Origin: Macrostomum lignano | Lineage: Eukaryota | Assembly: GCA_002269645.1 (NCBI GenBank) | Contig: NIVC01001811.1 | Location: 513,001-577,000, forward strand | Direction: 5' to 3' | Length of the DNA stretch: 64,000 nt | In this document: positions 1 to 56,453 of the stretch, one piece after another | Layout of the letters: every line of letters starts with the position of its first letter | Position numbering within the stretch: position 1 is the first letter of the stretch | Translations under genes and position numbers: made by a program | The notes under the pieces: generated by a model | Databases searched by the model: none | What the model was told of the DNA's origin: nothing | The model's input: only the letters and a program-made list of their open reading frames with translations

Positions 1-12
1 GTCCCATTGTCC

Positions 13-415
13 AAAACTGATTCAGCAGCCACCATCACAAGCTCGAAAAGTCACATCGTCGAAAACTGATTTAGCAGCCACCATCACAAGCTCGAAAAGT
101 CACATCGTCGAAAACTGATTTAGCAGCCACCATCACAAGCTCGAAAAGTCACATCGTCGAAAACTGATTTAGCAGCCACCATCACAAGCTCGAAAAGTCA
201 CATCGTCGAAAACTGATTTAGCAGCCACCATCACAAGCTCGAAAAGTCACATCGTCGAAAACTGATTTATCAGCCACTATTACAAGCTCGAAAAACACAA
301 GCTCTAACCCTAACCCGAACCCTAACCCTAACCCTTTTCGAGCTTGTGATGGTGGTTGCTAAGCTTTTCGACGATGTAACTTTTCGAGCTTGTGATGCGA
401 CTCCATGAGAAGGTT
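13..415. repeat. 49-bp tandem array, (TAACCC)n core, then inverted partial copies
   Basis: Units start at 13, 62, 111, 160, 209 and 258; telomere-like 305-334; reverse-complement units 335-415. Confidence 0.85.
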
Positions 416-760
416 AATAGGCCTGCTGCGTTCACTTTCTATTATGGCAAGCAATCATGCCATTCTGCTGACTCCTGACCACGGACAAGTATATGTACGC
501 AAGCACACGCTTATACAAGGTGAACAGCTGCCCTGAATTTCACATTATCTGCTACTATACACATTCTGTGCTTTGAAGGTTAACCCTATTGGTTGTTAAT
601 TCCATGACAAGTAACCAAGCCAATTTTCGGGGACGAGACCAAAATGTTCCCAGCCTTAGACCGTCACTCTTTGTATCCCTCCGCAGACTCAATATAGTCA
701 ACAGTCGGCAGCCACTGGGCGGTAACACTCCCTACCGCTCGCTCCCGAAAGCGCTTCAAC

Positions 761-44789
<44,029 letters not shown>

Positions 44790-45304
44790 TGAAGAGGACT
44801 ATGAGGTGGGACAGATGTAAATGACAACTGGATACGAGGGTCACTGGTGCACAGTTAAAGTATGTTAACACTTAAAAAGTGCAGCGATTCCATGACAGAT
44901 TTTCTTTAGTACATTTTCAATAAAGGGGATATTTTTAGCACCAGTGGTCCTCAATACGAGCGTAAGATATTTTAGAAGACTGAAAAATATCTGTTTAGGT
45001 GGTGCAAAACGTTTCTAAAAAAGAAAAACATTCGCATTATCAAGCAACCAGTGAAGTGTTTGTTAGTAAACTGCGTAAACACTTTTTGCTCCGTGCTTTG
45101 CTCATGCATTTTCTTTACTACTTGACAGTATTGTCCGTGGATTGGCAGCATGCGAATTTCCACCTAATCTGCTTAGAATATCGAACATTATTTTTTTTCA
45201 TTCTGGCAAAGCCAGTCCAGCTGCAGTAGGAGGATGCTACACTCGATTTTCTAAAAAATTACCTGGAGGCCGTTGAGGAATGTAAGAATTTTCGTATCGC
45301 TAGA

Positions 45305-45570
45305 GGGGTTGTAGGTTGTAGCCCAGTGGTTAGAGCGTCGGCCTCACGACTGAAAGATCGGGGGTTCGATTCCCGATCCCACTCGAACAATTTGTGTCCT
45401 TGAGCAAGACACTTAACTCTGCATTGCTGTAAAGGGTGCCAGTATTACTCGTAGATGGGGCAGTTGAGTGAGTGTTTGGAGACCCTCCAGTCCTACTGTT
45501 GCTGCGGCTGAGCTGTCGGTTGCACATCTGCCCACTAGGGCAGGCGCAATCAAGTGTTATTACAATAATT
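45305..45570 (+). mobile_element. Same SINE family, diverged/internally deleted copy
   Basis: Head and CORE segment nearly identical to 34438. Confidence 0.8.
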
Positions 45571-47121
45571 ATCGCTGGTATATTTAGTATGTGTAAGAAA
45601 CTCAATTTAGACTACTAAGAAAAGTAGGCGAATAAAGAGTTGAATCGTAAAATCTTTCACATAGCCCGAAAAATGTCACAATAAAAGTTTGTGCACACTG
45701 AGAGTGGTGCGAGAGGACGGCTAGTCGCTGACGAAGGCATTTCTAAGAAAACCAAGCGTAGCGTTCTTGTACTGCAGTTGTCAATGGTATCAAGCGATTT
45801 TTATGCTTGGAGGAAATGAAGCTGAGCGCTCAAAATTCCTCTCTGGTGGCGTTTCAAAATATCCCGATTTAGTGAGACGAGACTAAGATTAGCAGTGTCC
45901 GCGTGTCAGACCTTTGAGCGTGTTGCTGAAGCAGCAAAAACATTCCTAAAACATGCATATATTTCAGATGCACTAAATTTATTTGATGTCATAGCTGCCT
46001 ATTTTCATAGATCTCTAAGAAGACAGTGAAGCACCGTCTTGCTTGTTTCCTTTGTTCATTTGTGCAATATTAGAATTAAAAAGATTGGCGTTCGTGGAAA
46101 TTGACACTTCGTGACCAGCAATCAATTAGCGACATGGCAAAGTGAGTACACTCAATTTTATTTTTTTACTCGGATATCCACATGTTCAGCCTCTATAGTC
46201 TAGTAAAAGTAACTTCTAAGATAAAATTATATACATTTTGTTTGACTTGAACCATATTTTCACAGTGCCATTTTTTGTGTCCAAGTCGGCATGTGATATG
46301 CGCATTCTCACTTGGGGGTCCGCTGCTGCATAAAATGCTGTATTTTTTGTAATTAAATTGTAAATGGCAACCGTGCAACTGTATTATGTAGTCACAATTT
46401 CTATGTAATTCAAACAAAAATGCCGACTAAATAAGCGCTAAAATAAATCTCGTATTTTCCAGGTGCCCCCCTCTGAAAAAAGCCACCTAAAGTGTTCTTG
46501 CCTGCAAGGTAAAGCAAAAAATGTTGACTAAATAAAATGTAGCTAATCTGATCTCAGACTCTCAGAGTGTTTTTATTTATCTGAAATGCGACCAGCTGGC
46601 TGCATGAAGCTTCTGACTGCGAAATTATCGAAATTATTACAGTATGTGTGCGTTCATTCATTCACCCCATTTTAATTCTAATAGCTAAATGGTCGATACG
46701 TTTTTACAAAAAAATTAAAGAAAACTTAATAGGAAGGACTAGCTAATTCTGTACGACTAGAACAGATCGAACAATGAAACTACCAGGTAGCTCTAAGATG
46801 TGTGTTTAATTTCTAAGCAAACTAGGACGTTTATTTTTTGCATGACACATTAAATTATAATTAAATTATCGATTTTCATACATGTGTCTAATACATACAA
46901 CTACTAAAGTTTCAAGCAATAATTACTGCATAAAACATGCATGAGCAGAAACACTTGGGCAATATAATTAAATAGAAGCAAAATTAAGGACGCGACGGGA
47001 AATCTTATTCTAATTAATCTTTAATCAGAATTAGGCCTGTCAAATGCTCATATCTTTTGATGAAATACAGCCATCTTTATCGATGCAAATTTTTAAAGCC
47101 TTAATTTATGTTTGAAAAATC

Positions 47122-47322
47122 CAGGGACTACTCAAACACCGGGACGGGAAACTAGGAATTTTTTACGAGGCTGGTCTTTAGCAGCTGACGAGGCTGGCTG
47201 GCTTATTTTCATTAGAGCGATGCTGCGTTACTTTGTTGTCTATGGTTATTTTCTACTGCTGCTAAAAAGACCAGCCTCGTGAAAATTTCTAGTTTCCCGT
47301 CCCGGTGTTTGAGTAGTCCCTG
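47122..47322. mobile_element. hAT-type MITE with about 70-bp TIRs
   Basis: CAGGGACTACTCAAACACCGGGACGGGAAACTAG... and its reverse complement; flanks GAAAAATC / GAAAAAGC (7/8). Confidence 0.8.
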
Positions 47323-48099
47323 GAAAAAGCGTGTCATTTTATACCACTTGATCGATTCGTCATGAGTTCTTAGCCTTTGGGAAATTCTAAGAAACAAATT
47401 GTACGTAACAGAATTAAAAAGAATTAAAATTCTTTTAACTTATAGTGGTTTTTGGTTTAACTTGTTAAGTTGATTGAATATTTTAAGTAATATTCAAGTA
47501 CAAAGCTTGAATTCTCGGGCAATAACGTCCCAGCTCACATAGAGCGAGTATCGCTAAAACAAATTAACTTATTTGAAAGTTAATTAAACAATGTGATTTA
47601 TGTAAACTTTTAAAGAAGCAAGCATAAAGACAGTGAACAATTCTAATAAAAATAATATACCTCGTAAATTGGTTCTTTAACTAACTAAATATTACATGTA
47701 GCTGGACACAACGTAATAGGTTATTTAGTACATTTATCATCTTAACTTCATGGCTTTACTAATTCGTAAAAATTACTTATACAACATTGAAACTGTGAAG
47801 AGCAAATGGAACTCAGAACTGAGTCTAAGTACAATATTGATTAAAAATTTAGGAGTATCCTAGCTTTTGAATAAATTTCACATCGTCGAAAAGTCTTGTT
47901 TGAAAAAGCCAAGCAACTTGTTAGAACTAGTCTCTTGTTGAGACACGTCGCATTAATATTACAGCGGAAGTGATTAGCCACATTTTTTAGCGATGTGAAA
48001 TTTCAAGTTTGTGAAATTTAGATCTTGCAAGCTACCAACGTCTTGAAAGATTCTATCAATCAGCGATGAAAGCCTTACTGACATACTCTTATCATTAAT

Positions 48100-48384
48100 A
48101 CTAATAATTAATAATAAAAATAATTGATTACGCCTGCCCCAATTCGGCCAGATGTGCGACCGACAGCTCAGCCGCAGCTATTGCGCGGCGCATCTGAAGG
48201 CTGCGTACGGCTGTTCAGTCCAAGGACTGGGGGTCGCCACACGCACCCTCAATTGCCCCAGCTAATGCTGGCACCCATTTTACAGCTGGGTGGACTGAAG
48301 CAATGCACAGTTAAGTTTCTTGCTCAAAAGACAAAACTGTTCCGAGTGGATCGAGAATCGAACCCCCAGACCTTTCAGTCGTGA
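48100..48384 (-). mobile_element. Same SINE family, head truncated
   Basis: Reverse complement of body and B box; lies just downstream of the SLC45 stop. Confidence 0.8.
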
Positions 48385-48450
48385 GTTCCCAAATTCCCAA
48401 ACTTCCCAAACTAGGCTACAATCCCCTTATCAATAATAAACTTATGAAAA

Positions 48451-48783
48451 CTATTTCCCGTCGTACAATTGCTCCACAATTGTCTCTTTAGCCTCGAAGC
48501 CTGCCTGGTCGGACATCTGAGCCGTCGGTGGCGGTGGCTGAGGCTGAGCAGCTGTGGGGTCGCTGTCCAGTACGGTGACGAATCGACAGGAAATAGCGGC
48601 CAGAAGACTGCAAATCGAAGAGACGAAACAGCTGGTGCGAACTGAGCCGGTGGCCTGAGTCAGGCTGCCCATTAGGGAGGCCACCGCGAGTTGGCCAACG
48701 AATACCATGCTGCTGACCAGGGCGATGTCAGTTCCGAGGCCACGGATTCGGGACTCGGTGCTGGGACCGTCCGTGTAGGCGAA
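48451..48783 (-). CDS. SLC45: SLC45 exon 5 (terminal)
   Basis: ccctccag| acceptor; RIRGLGTDIALVSSMVFVGQ; TAG stop. Confidence 0.9.
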   Translation of the reverse strand, partial: FAYTDGPSTESRIRGLGTDIALVSSMVFVGQLAVASLMGSLTQATGSVRTSCFVSSICSLLAAISCRFVTVLDSDPTAAQPQPPPPTAQMSDQAGFEAKETIVEQLYDGK

Positions 48784-51700
48784 CTGGAGGGCAAGTATGC
48801 AAAGAGGATACTACGATTACTATCAATACGACTAGGTCTAGGACTACGACTACGACTAAGATTAGGACTACGACTATGACTACGACTACGACTACGACTA
48901 CGACTACGACTACGACTAAGATTAGGACTACGACTATGACTACGACTACGACCATGACTACGACTACGACTACGACCACAACGACAACGACTAAGACTAA
49001 GATTACGACTACGACTATGACTACGACTACGACTACGACTACGACTACGACTACGACTACGGCTACAACAACTACTACTACAGCTGCCCAACTGATCTCA
49101 CCAAATCGTTAAAGTGATAACTGGCCACCAGAATGTATGGCACAGTAAACAATGTTGAGTACAGCACGCCAATATTTGCTGAGCACACCAGTATGACCGG
49201 CGTTTTAGGCAGCAGGCCCATCATAAGCGCTCCGACGGAAGCGCACAGCAGGCCGCAGGTGTAAACTTTGCGGATGCCTACAAGTTTCAATAAATAGTGA
49301 AACTGCCTAAGAGGTAAGCCATTTCATGTTCGGAAAGTTTGTGCAAATTTCGCTGCAAAATGCATCAGCTATTGTCTTCTATTTTGTATGCAATAAAATT
49401 GTTGTATGCAGATATTCTTAGCCTTAAGCGAGGCCTATTGTAGGAACTATACCTACAATAATTGCCTAAGAGTACCTGCATGCAACAATTTTATCACACG
49501 TATACTTCATAAGTTCATTCAAAAAAGAACAGAAAAGATATTTCACTTGTGAGTATTTGGCTTTGGATTACGGAATAAAAACAATCTAAAAATGCAACTT
49601 TTACTACACAACTACCTGTATACGAGTGTAAAATATAAATATTAATAATAATTGGTTACACCTGCCCTAATTGGGTCAGATGTGCAACCGACAGCTCAGC
49701 AGCAGCTATTGCGCGGCGAATCTGAAGGCTGCATACGGCTGCTCAGTCCAAGGACTGTGGGGTCGCCAAACACACTTTCAATTACCCCAGCAAATGCTGG
49801 CACCCATTTTACAGTTGGGTGAACTGAAGCAATGTAGAGTTAAGTGACTTGCTCAAATTGTTCCGAGGTGGGTCGAGAATCGAACCCCCGACCTTTCAGT
49901 CGCGAGTCGGACGCTCTGATCATAGACTACAACCCCTTATATAAAATAAAACAGAGTAACATCAACATGTTAAATCAAAGGAATGGTAATCTTAAATGCC
50001 CCAGATTAAATTCAATCATGGATTTTGTAATGAAAAAAAAGATTTTTTCCTATCTTCCTGATGCATTTTTCCAAGAAATTGGCCTCCTAAAACTTACATG
50101 ATCTCTGAATTTACTCTAAACTCTAAACTAATACTTAATTGTAACTTGTAGGTAGTATCACTAGATATCATTAATCTAGCTTTTTTGCTGTGGTTCGTAT
50201 AAGCCTAAGCTATAGAAGCTACTTATAACTCACCGAACTTGTTGATCAGCCGGTCGATGACCAGCGAGTAGACGCAGCAGACCAGAGAATAGACGGACAT
50301 CGCCAGGCTGCCCATCCGCACCCCAGCGTTGTACCGCTTATGCTCCGGCGACCACGGCGGACTGTCGGGATTGCCTCGATAAACGGCCTGGCCGACGAAG
50401 TCCGTGAAGAACAGCGAGTAGGACACCAGAGCCATCCAGCAGAGCAGGTTGGTCAGGCAAAGAAGACGCATTGAAACCGGCATGTGCACGATTGACATCA
50501 GGTAGGTTTTCAAGCCGACCTCGCTGGGCAGCTGCTCAGCAATTGAGTCTGTGCGCCTCATCCGATGGTTCTGGGTGGAAACTGTTGCAGATATTGAGTT
50601 TTTGTAGTGGAAAATTCCCTTTGAAGTTTCGGTACATTGATTGGTTCTTTACAAATCTTTCTTGGCCTAGATTCTTAAGTTTGTTGGACATCTTGGTCAA
50701 GTCCAAGGATTAACTATTGAATACTTTCAATATGCTTTGGCAGTGAATTAGGCTTTTCACGCCTTAGCTATGTCATCTCCAGAAGAAGTTTCAGTAAGTG
50801 TTGATTCTCACCTCCGATGGGGGCCTCGTCCGCGGGGCCTCCAGGCGTCCTGGCCGAATCCTCGCCATCCCGTTCCTGAAGCGGCACCTCCCGGACACTC
50901 GTCACAGTCGTCAGCATGCAGATGGTGAACACCACGGCAAGCAGGCTGAATACAACTTTCTCGTGATAAAACGACGAGCCACCGCTGCCGCCTCCGCCGG
51001 CGCTCTCCCAGTCCAGCGAGCCGATCAGGTAGCCGAAGAAGCCGCCACAGCCAGCCAGCACGGTGAAAGTTGTCAGGCCTGCGGCGTGGTCCACAGCTGG
51101 CACCACGTCAAGTAGAAACGCTCTGGCCGGTGACTGGCAACCATCGCAACAGGAGTCGAGCAGAGCCACTCCCAGACAGGTGAACAGCAGAACGGCGCCA
51201 GGCGTTAATCCGATGCGCTGGTAGCGACGTCCCCCGGAGACACCTGTTCCCCCGCCGTGCGTCGCGTTGAGAGCAAAAGCTGTCGAAATATTGTAGCTAT
51301 CCGGGACCACAGCCAGAATGATAGCTCCGGTCAGGATGCAGGCCGACAGTCCGATGATGAAGGGTCGCCGACGACCGAGGCTGCTGCGACAGTTGTCGCT
51401 CATAGAGCCAAGCAGCGGCACTAGAAGGAACCCAATGATGGGGCTGATGCACCACGACAGGGACATGAGGTACACTGGGGTGCCCAGTTTCATCATGATT
51501 GGCGATACGAGGGCCGTCTCGGCGGCGTAGCACAACTCGATTCCGCCCACGATTGCGCAGATGCGGAACAGCAGCAGACGGCTTGTCTGAGTGCCGCTGT
51601 GAGTGGGTGAAAGCGAAAGTAATTATGCAGTGAAGCTTTGGCATTAGAAAACTCGTGTTGATAAGCGACACTGTGATAAGCGGCACTGTGATAAGCGGCA

Positions 51701-53467
51701 CTGTGATAAGCGACACTATGATAAGCGAAAATGTGATAAGCGACACTGTGATAAGCGGCACTGTGATAAGCGACACTCTGATAAGCGACACTGTGATAAG
51801 CGACACTCTAATAAGCGACACTGTGATAAGCGACACTCTACTAAGCGACACTGTAATAAGCGGCACTGTGATAAGCGACACTGTGATAAGCGACACTATG
51901 AAAAGCGAAAATTTGATAAGCGACACTGTTGATAAGCGACACTGTTGATAAGCGACACTGTGATAAGCGAAAATGTGATAAGCGACACTGTGATAAGCGA
52001 CACTTTGAAAAGCGAAAATTTGATAAGCGACACTGTTGATAAGCGACACTCTAATAAGCGACACTCTAATAAGCGACACTGTGATAAGCGACACTGTGAT
52101 AAGCGACACTGTGATAAGCGACACTGTGACAAGCGACACTGTGATAAGCGACACTGTGACAAGCGACACTCTAATAAGCGACACTCTAATAAGCGACACT
52201 CTAATAAGCGACACTGTGACAAGCGACACTGTGACAAGCGACACTGTGATAAGCGACACTGTGACAAGCGACACTGTGATAAGCGACACTCTAATAAGCG
52301 ACACTCTAATAAGCGACACTATAATAAGCGACACTCTAATAAGCGACACTGTGACAAGCGACACTGTGACAAGCGACACTGTGATAAGCGACACTCTAAT
52401 AAGCGACACTCTAATAAGCGACACTATAATAAGCGACACTATGATAAGCGACACTATGATAAAAACTTGGCATTTGCTTGCCTAGCTTGAATAAACAATT
52501 AATTTAGCACGGCGCAGACGTTTGTCTGCACTCGCTGCGCTTCTATTTTGACGGTTTTCATTATAAAATACTCTCGCACTGATAGCGTACAGCCATCTCA
52601 GATGCACTGCAAGTTGACAACTACAAGTGGCTTGGGCAGCTGCCTACATTTAAAGACTTATTGCATTGTCAAAAGATATTTGTGTCTTCTGTCTGCCTGA
52701 CGGTTTTCTATTGCCTGTAGTATGCTTTTATCCATACAGTATACTTTTTAAGTATTAACGAGGGCGAAATCCAAACAAACGCATATAATAAAACAAGAGA
52801 AGCCTCAAACTTTATCTATCTTTACTATCTCAATTTCTAGGAAGCCAACAATAGAGACCATAAAACTCGTTTTAGAAGTAGAATTTTTTGGAGAACAATC
52901 GGTTAAAAATGCAAGTCCTTGGTATAAAGAGGATGTGAACTTAAGCGCGATTTGGAAGCCGTGAGTTCAGCAACCAAACCGCTGCGAAATTCTCACTATT
53001 CAGACCCAAAATAGACAAGAAAAGCGTAATTGATCTTTCTTCCACCCCGGCCGCTTCCGCATGGGATAAATGGGGAAAAATGGGGATTTCATGTGAACTT
53101 AAGGCTCTGAAATGGAAGCGGTGGCCGATTGAGCCGGTTTCTCTATCGGATCTCTCTACTGGACCGACAATGAGAGAAGAATCGTCGAAAACCGCACCCC
53201 TCTTGCGTTGATGATTTTTTACGGGCCATATTTCGAGTTGGTTTGGTTGCTGGACTCACGGCTTCCAAATCGCGCTTAAGTTCACAACCTCTTTAAAGAC
53301 TATTGGAGGCTTAGTCCAATGGGTATCCCTCCGTTGGTGACATAGCATTAAGTATTGTCCTACCTTTCAAATTCGCCTCGAATTCGAGTAACCTGCTCTT
53401 GAAGCTTCTCAGTGATGCCCAGAGACTGCAGAACAGTCAGCGACGAGGCTGCAAAAGAGAACGCCAT
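48451..53467 (-). CDS. SLC45: SLC45-family (sucrose/H+ symporter-like, MFS) transporter, 5 exons, about 581 aa
   Basis: Signature motifs GGIELCYAAETALVSPI, LGSMSDNCRSSLGRRRPFI, LLDSCCDGCQSPARAFLLD, WMALVSYSLFFTDFVGQAVYRGNP and RGLGTDIA; exon lengths sum to 1746 nt. Confidence 0.93.
48815..49080. repeat. (ACTACG)n hexamer repeat filling SLC45 intron 4
   Basis: Direct reading. Confidence 0.92.
49102..49277 (-). CDS. SLC45: SLC45 exon 4
   Basis: GIRKVY...LYSTLFTVPYILVASYH; canonical sites. Confidence 0.9.
49641..49936 (-). mobile_element. Same SINE family, full length
   Basis: Reverse complement head ...GAATCGAACCCCCGACC...GACTACAACCCC. Confidence 0.85.
50234..50581 (-). CDS. SLC45: SLC45 exon 3
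   Basis: ctgcaacag| acceptor, G|gtgagt donor, phase 1-1. Confidence 0.88.
50812..51596 (-). CDS. SLC45: SLC45 exon 2 (N-terminal TM bundle)
   Basis: actcacag| acceptor, G|gtgaga donor; extends ORF 50768-51550. Confidence 0.92.
51655..52460. repeat. 15-bp minisatellite (ATAAGCGACACTGTG)n
   Basis: Direct reading; resembles the 12-bp unit at 7943. Confidence 0.95.
52927..53293. mobile_element. MITE with about 55-bp TIRs and TA target duplication
   Basis: AAGAGGATGTGAACTTAAGCGCGATTTGGAAGCCGTGAG...CAACCAAACC and its reverse complement; TA on both sides. Confidence 0.8.
53364..53467 (-). CDS. SLC45: SLC45 exon 1 (MAFSFAASSLTVLQSLGITEKLQEQVTRIRGEFE)
   Basis: ATG at 53467, AG|gtagga donor in phase 2, matching the exon 2 acceptor. 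Confidence 0.7.
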
Positions 53468-55553
53468 CGATTGATTCGTTCGCAACTAATTTGGCTTGAG
53501 CTATAGTAGCCACCGTCAAATTGTCTGCAATTCTGAATTTTAAGAAGACCGGCTGGCTTAGATAAGCAACGGAAGCAGCTTCTGGCTAATTGGACAGCCC
53601 TTGCCGACTCAAATTATTCAGGCAGGGGGCCGCGAGCAAGGCCAGGGACAGGCAGAGCGGTTCCGTCTTTCCTTTGGCTATCCTTTTCAATCAAAAGTGA
53701 GTCCCGGATGCGCTGCTAGAAGGCGAATCGTGAGCAGAAGCTTCCCCTATTTCCAAAACCTCGCCAATTAATGCAGAGGCGCGAAAAACACCGCTAATAT
53801 TGGGCAAATTTAATTCGAAACAGAAAGAGAAGGAAGAGAGTGCTAATTCCGGGTTAGGGCCTCTCTCAGCGCCTATCTGATGGGACTGCAGATGGAAATC
53901 TAGCAGCCGCCTGCATGACAAACAGTGTCGATCTAGGAGTGGGAGCCAAGATGGAGTGACGTGAATAGGAGATAGATACAGGCAAGAAATTCATCCCTCT
54001 CAGTGTTTGTACAGTGTCAGTATCTTTCTCTATAGCTTTGCTGTGAAACAGTTTCCCAGAATACAGACAGTCCACGGTTGCATCTCAAGCGACGCCTCCG
54101 CCGTGTTGGAAGAAGAGAGCGGCTTTTCTTGGTCGCAGCAAAACTCTCAACAGCCAGCATGCATAAATAATGCCCTTCTCCCATTTTCGTGTCCATGCCC
54201 ATCTTCATATTGCCCCCGAGCGGTTCCATATTCTTGTTGCATTTCTGTAAGACACCAAGCCGCCCCCCGCACCATGGCGGGTGACCCGAAAGCATGGCTA
54301 AGCACCGTGGGTTGTCAGTCCAGCTGCCATCGCTTGTCCAACCCCGAATTTTTTAGGGCAAATGAACGAACAAAAAATCGACCCAAACCAATTTCTGACC
54401 AGAAGAACAGGGCCCATTGACGCGTTATATTATTAATGAAACATTCTTCGGAGAGTGAGCCACTTGGCCTCGTTGATTTTATTATTCTTTTCTCGCTGAG
54501 CTGGGAAACTCTGCAAAGTAAATTTAGAAATTCAACAAGAGGTTTTAAAAAAGACAATTTTTCTCTCAATAAATTGTGTTTCCTACTGCATCGATTTTAT
54601 TCCCTTACTAAAGATCAATATTCGCAGTCGTGTATTCGCAGAAGGGCTGCGGGCACCCTGGCGCAACGCCTTCGATGGCATCGTCTCACAAGCAGCGCTG
54701 ACGACAATTCTGCTCATTCTGCTGCCTCTGAGTACATGCAAGTGCGCCAATACTGTACGAAGACACGCTTACATACTAATCGTCAGGTATGTAGAACACC
54801 CTCTGTGCCTTGGGGGCTGGCCCTCGTAGCTGTGAATGGCACGAGAACCCAATTTTCGAGCACACGATCAGAGTCTACAGTTCATTATTTTGAGCAATTT
54901 AAGTACTGGTGAAAATAAGCTTCTGACTATACTTCAGTTTGCGAATACTATAAGCATTAGTAAAGCAAAAGATATAAAGAAGAGAAACGAAGGAAGGGAG
55001 TGAATAATAAGGCCTGTAACATATGGCCTGACAGACGGAGTGTCATAAATATTTTTCTATTCCATTGTTGCTGAACCCAGTTGAAACAGAACGCGCCACA
55101 TTTTTTGCCGGCTTTCGGTTTGGAAGTCTGGCTTTTTCCTTCTCCAAAATTTGTCTCCATTGTGAGCTCGTTCTCTTTCTCTTTTGTCGGCGGACAGAGA
55201 TAAAAAGTCAGCCTATAGCATCCACCCACAGCCTGTGAAGTCTTTTGCCTGCAGCTGCGGTGCAACTCAGTGGTTTGAGTTCACAATGCTACCTACAGTG
55301 ATAGAAGCTGTGGCTGAAATTTATGAGCACCTGCGACAGTGGCTCTGCCCTTTGCCTATAGGCCATTTTTCTGTCAGCTTTTAGTTATTTATCTGCCATG
55401 GTAGTGCAAACTTGTGCTTGGTCCCAGTTTATGGCATTATCAGTTTTCGCAAGTCAAGAAACCGCAGATGCGTTGTTGGACAAATATTTACATCCAGCAA
55501 CATCAAGCTCAAAAATATTATAGAAGCCTCTCAGAAATAGGTCAAGCTAAATG

Positions 55554-55813
<260 letters not shown>

Positions 55814-56329
55814 GTCGCTAACGACACTCAGATTAAATCTAGCAAACCACTTAATCTTTCTCAAGTGTCTCAAGCCTTACTGTGAAAAACTGCACCACCT
55901 GATTTATAATGCATCGCAGAATTACATTGTAGCATTTGCAGAAATATTGCACACAGAAAGTACAAATATGCATTGTGAAATCGTACACTCCATGACTCCA
56001 ACGCGCCCGGCCAGTTTCACTATTGTCCTGAGGGCAGAGATGCACCGAGCAGAGATGCATTGCAAGAGTGTGCAACTGCTTATTGGGCCCCACTACGCTT
56101 GCAGTGAAGACTTTTGGCAGTTGTTTTGCGTTAAAGAGTTCGAGAGGGGCTCGACAGCGCAGCGTTTGTGCGCTAAAAAGCAAAGTACCGAAGCGCCCGG
56201 TGCTGGAACGCTAAAACGCGGAGGCCTGTTTTAATTTTTAGGCACTAAAAACTGTGTAAGAGATCTGTTCAAGTATTTATTTTAAATTGCCGCAGTTTTG
56301 AAAATTACAAATTTGCCAGAAAATTCATA

Positions 56330-56453
56330 ATGCTGTGGAGCATTATCGCAACGGGAGCCGTACTAGCGATCGCTTGTCTATCCATCGCGGTAAACTGCCA
56401 GTCTCCTCTGGCAGGGGAGTTCCTTCAACAAGCATTGAATTGGCGGAGACACC
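56330..56453 (+). CDS. Mcr: Mcr-like exon 1 (signal peptide)
   Basis: MLWSIIATGAVLAIACLSIAVNC|QSP; C|gtgagt donor. Confidence 0.8.

Noticed and set aside
13-293. Regular arrays (49, 40, 63 bp) as CRISPR candidates
   Set aside because: Head-to-tail repeats with no unique spacers, no cas genes, eukaryotic context.
305-334. Telomere repeats as a chromosome end
   Set aside because: Only about 5 units, embedded in unique and genic sequence on both sides.
51297-52490. ORFs with SLITV, DTVIS and KRHCD repeats
   Set aside because: 15-bp minisatellite in SLC45 intron 1.
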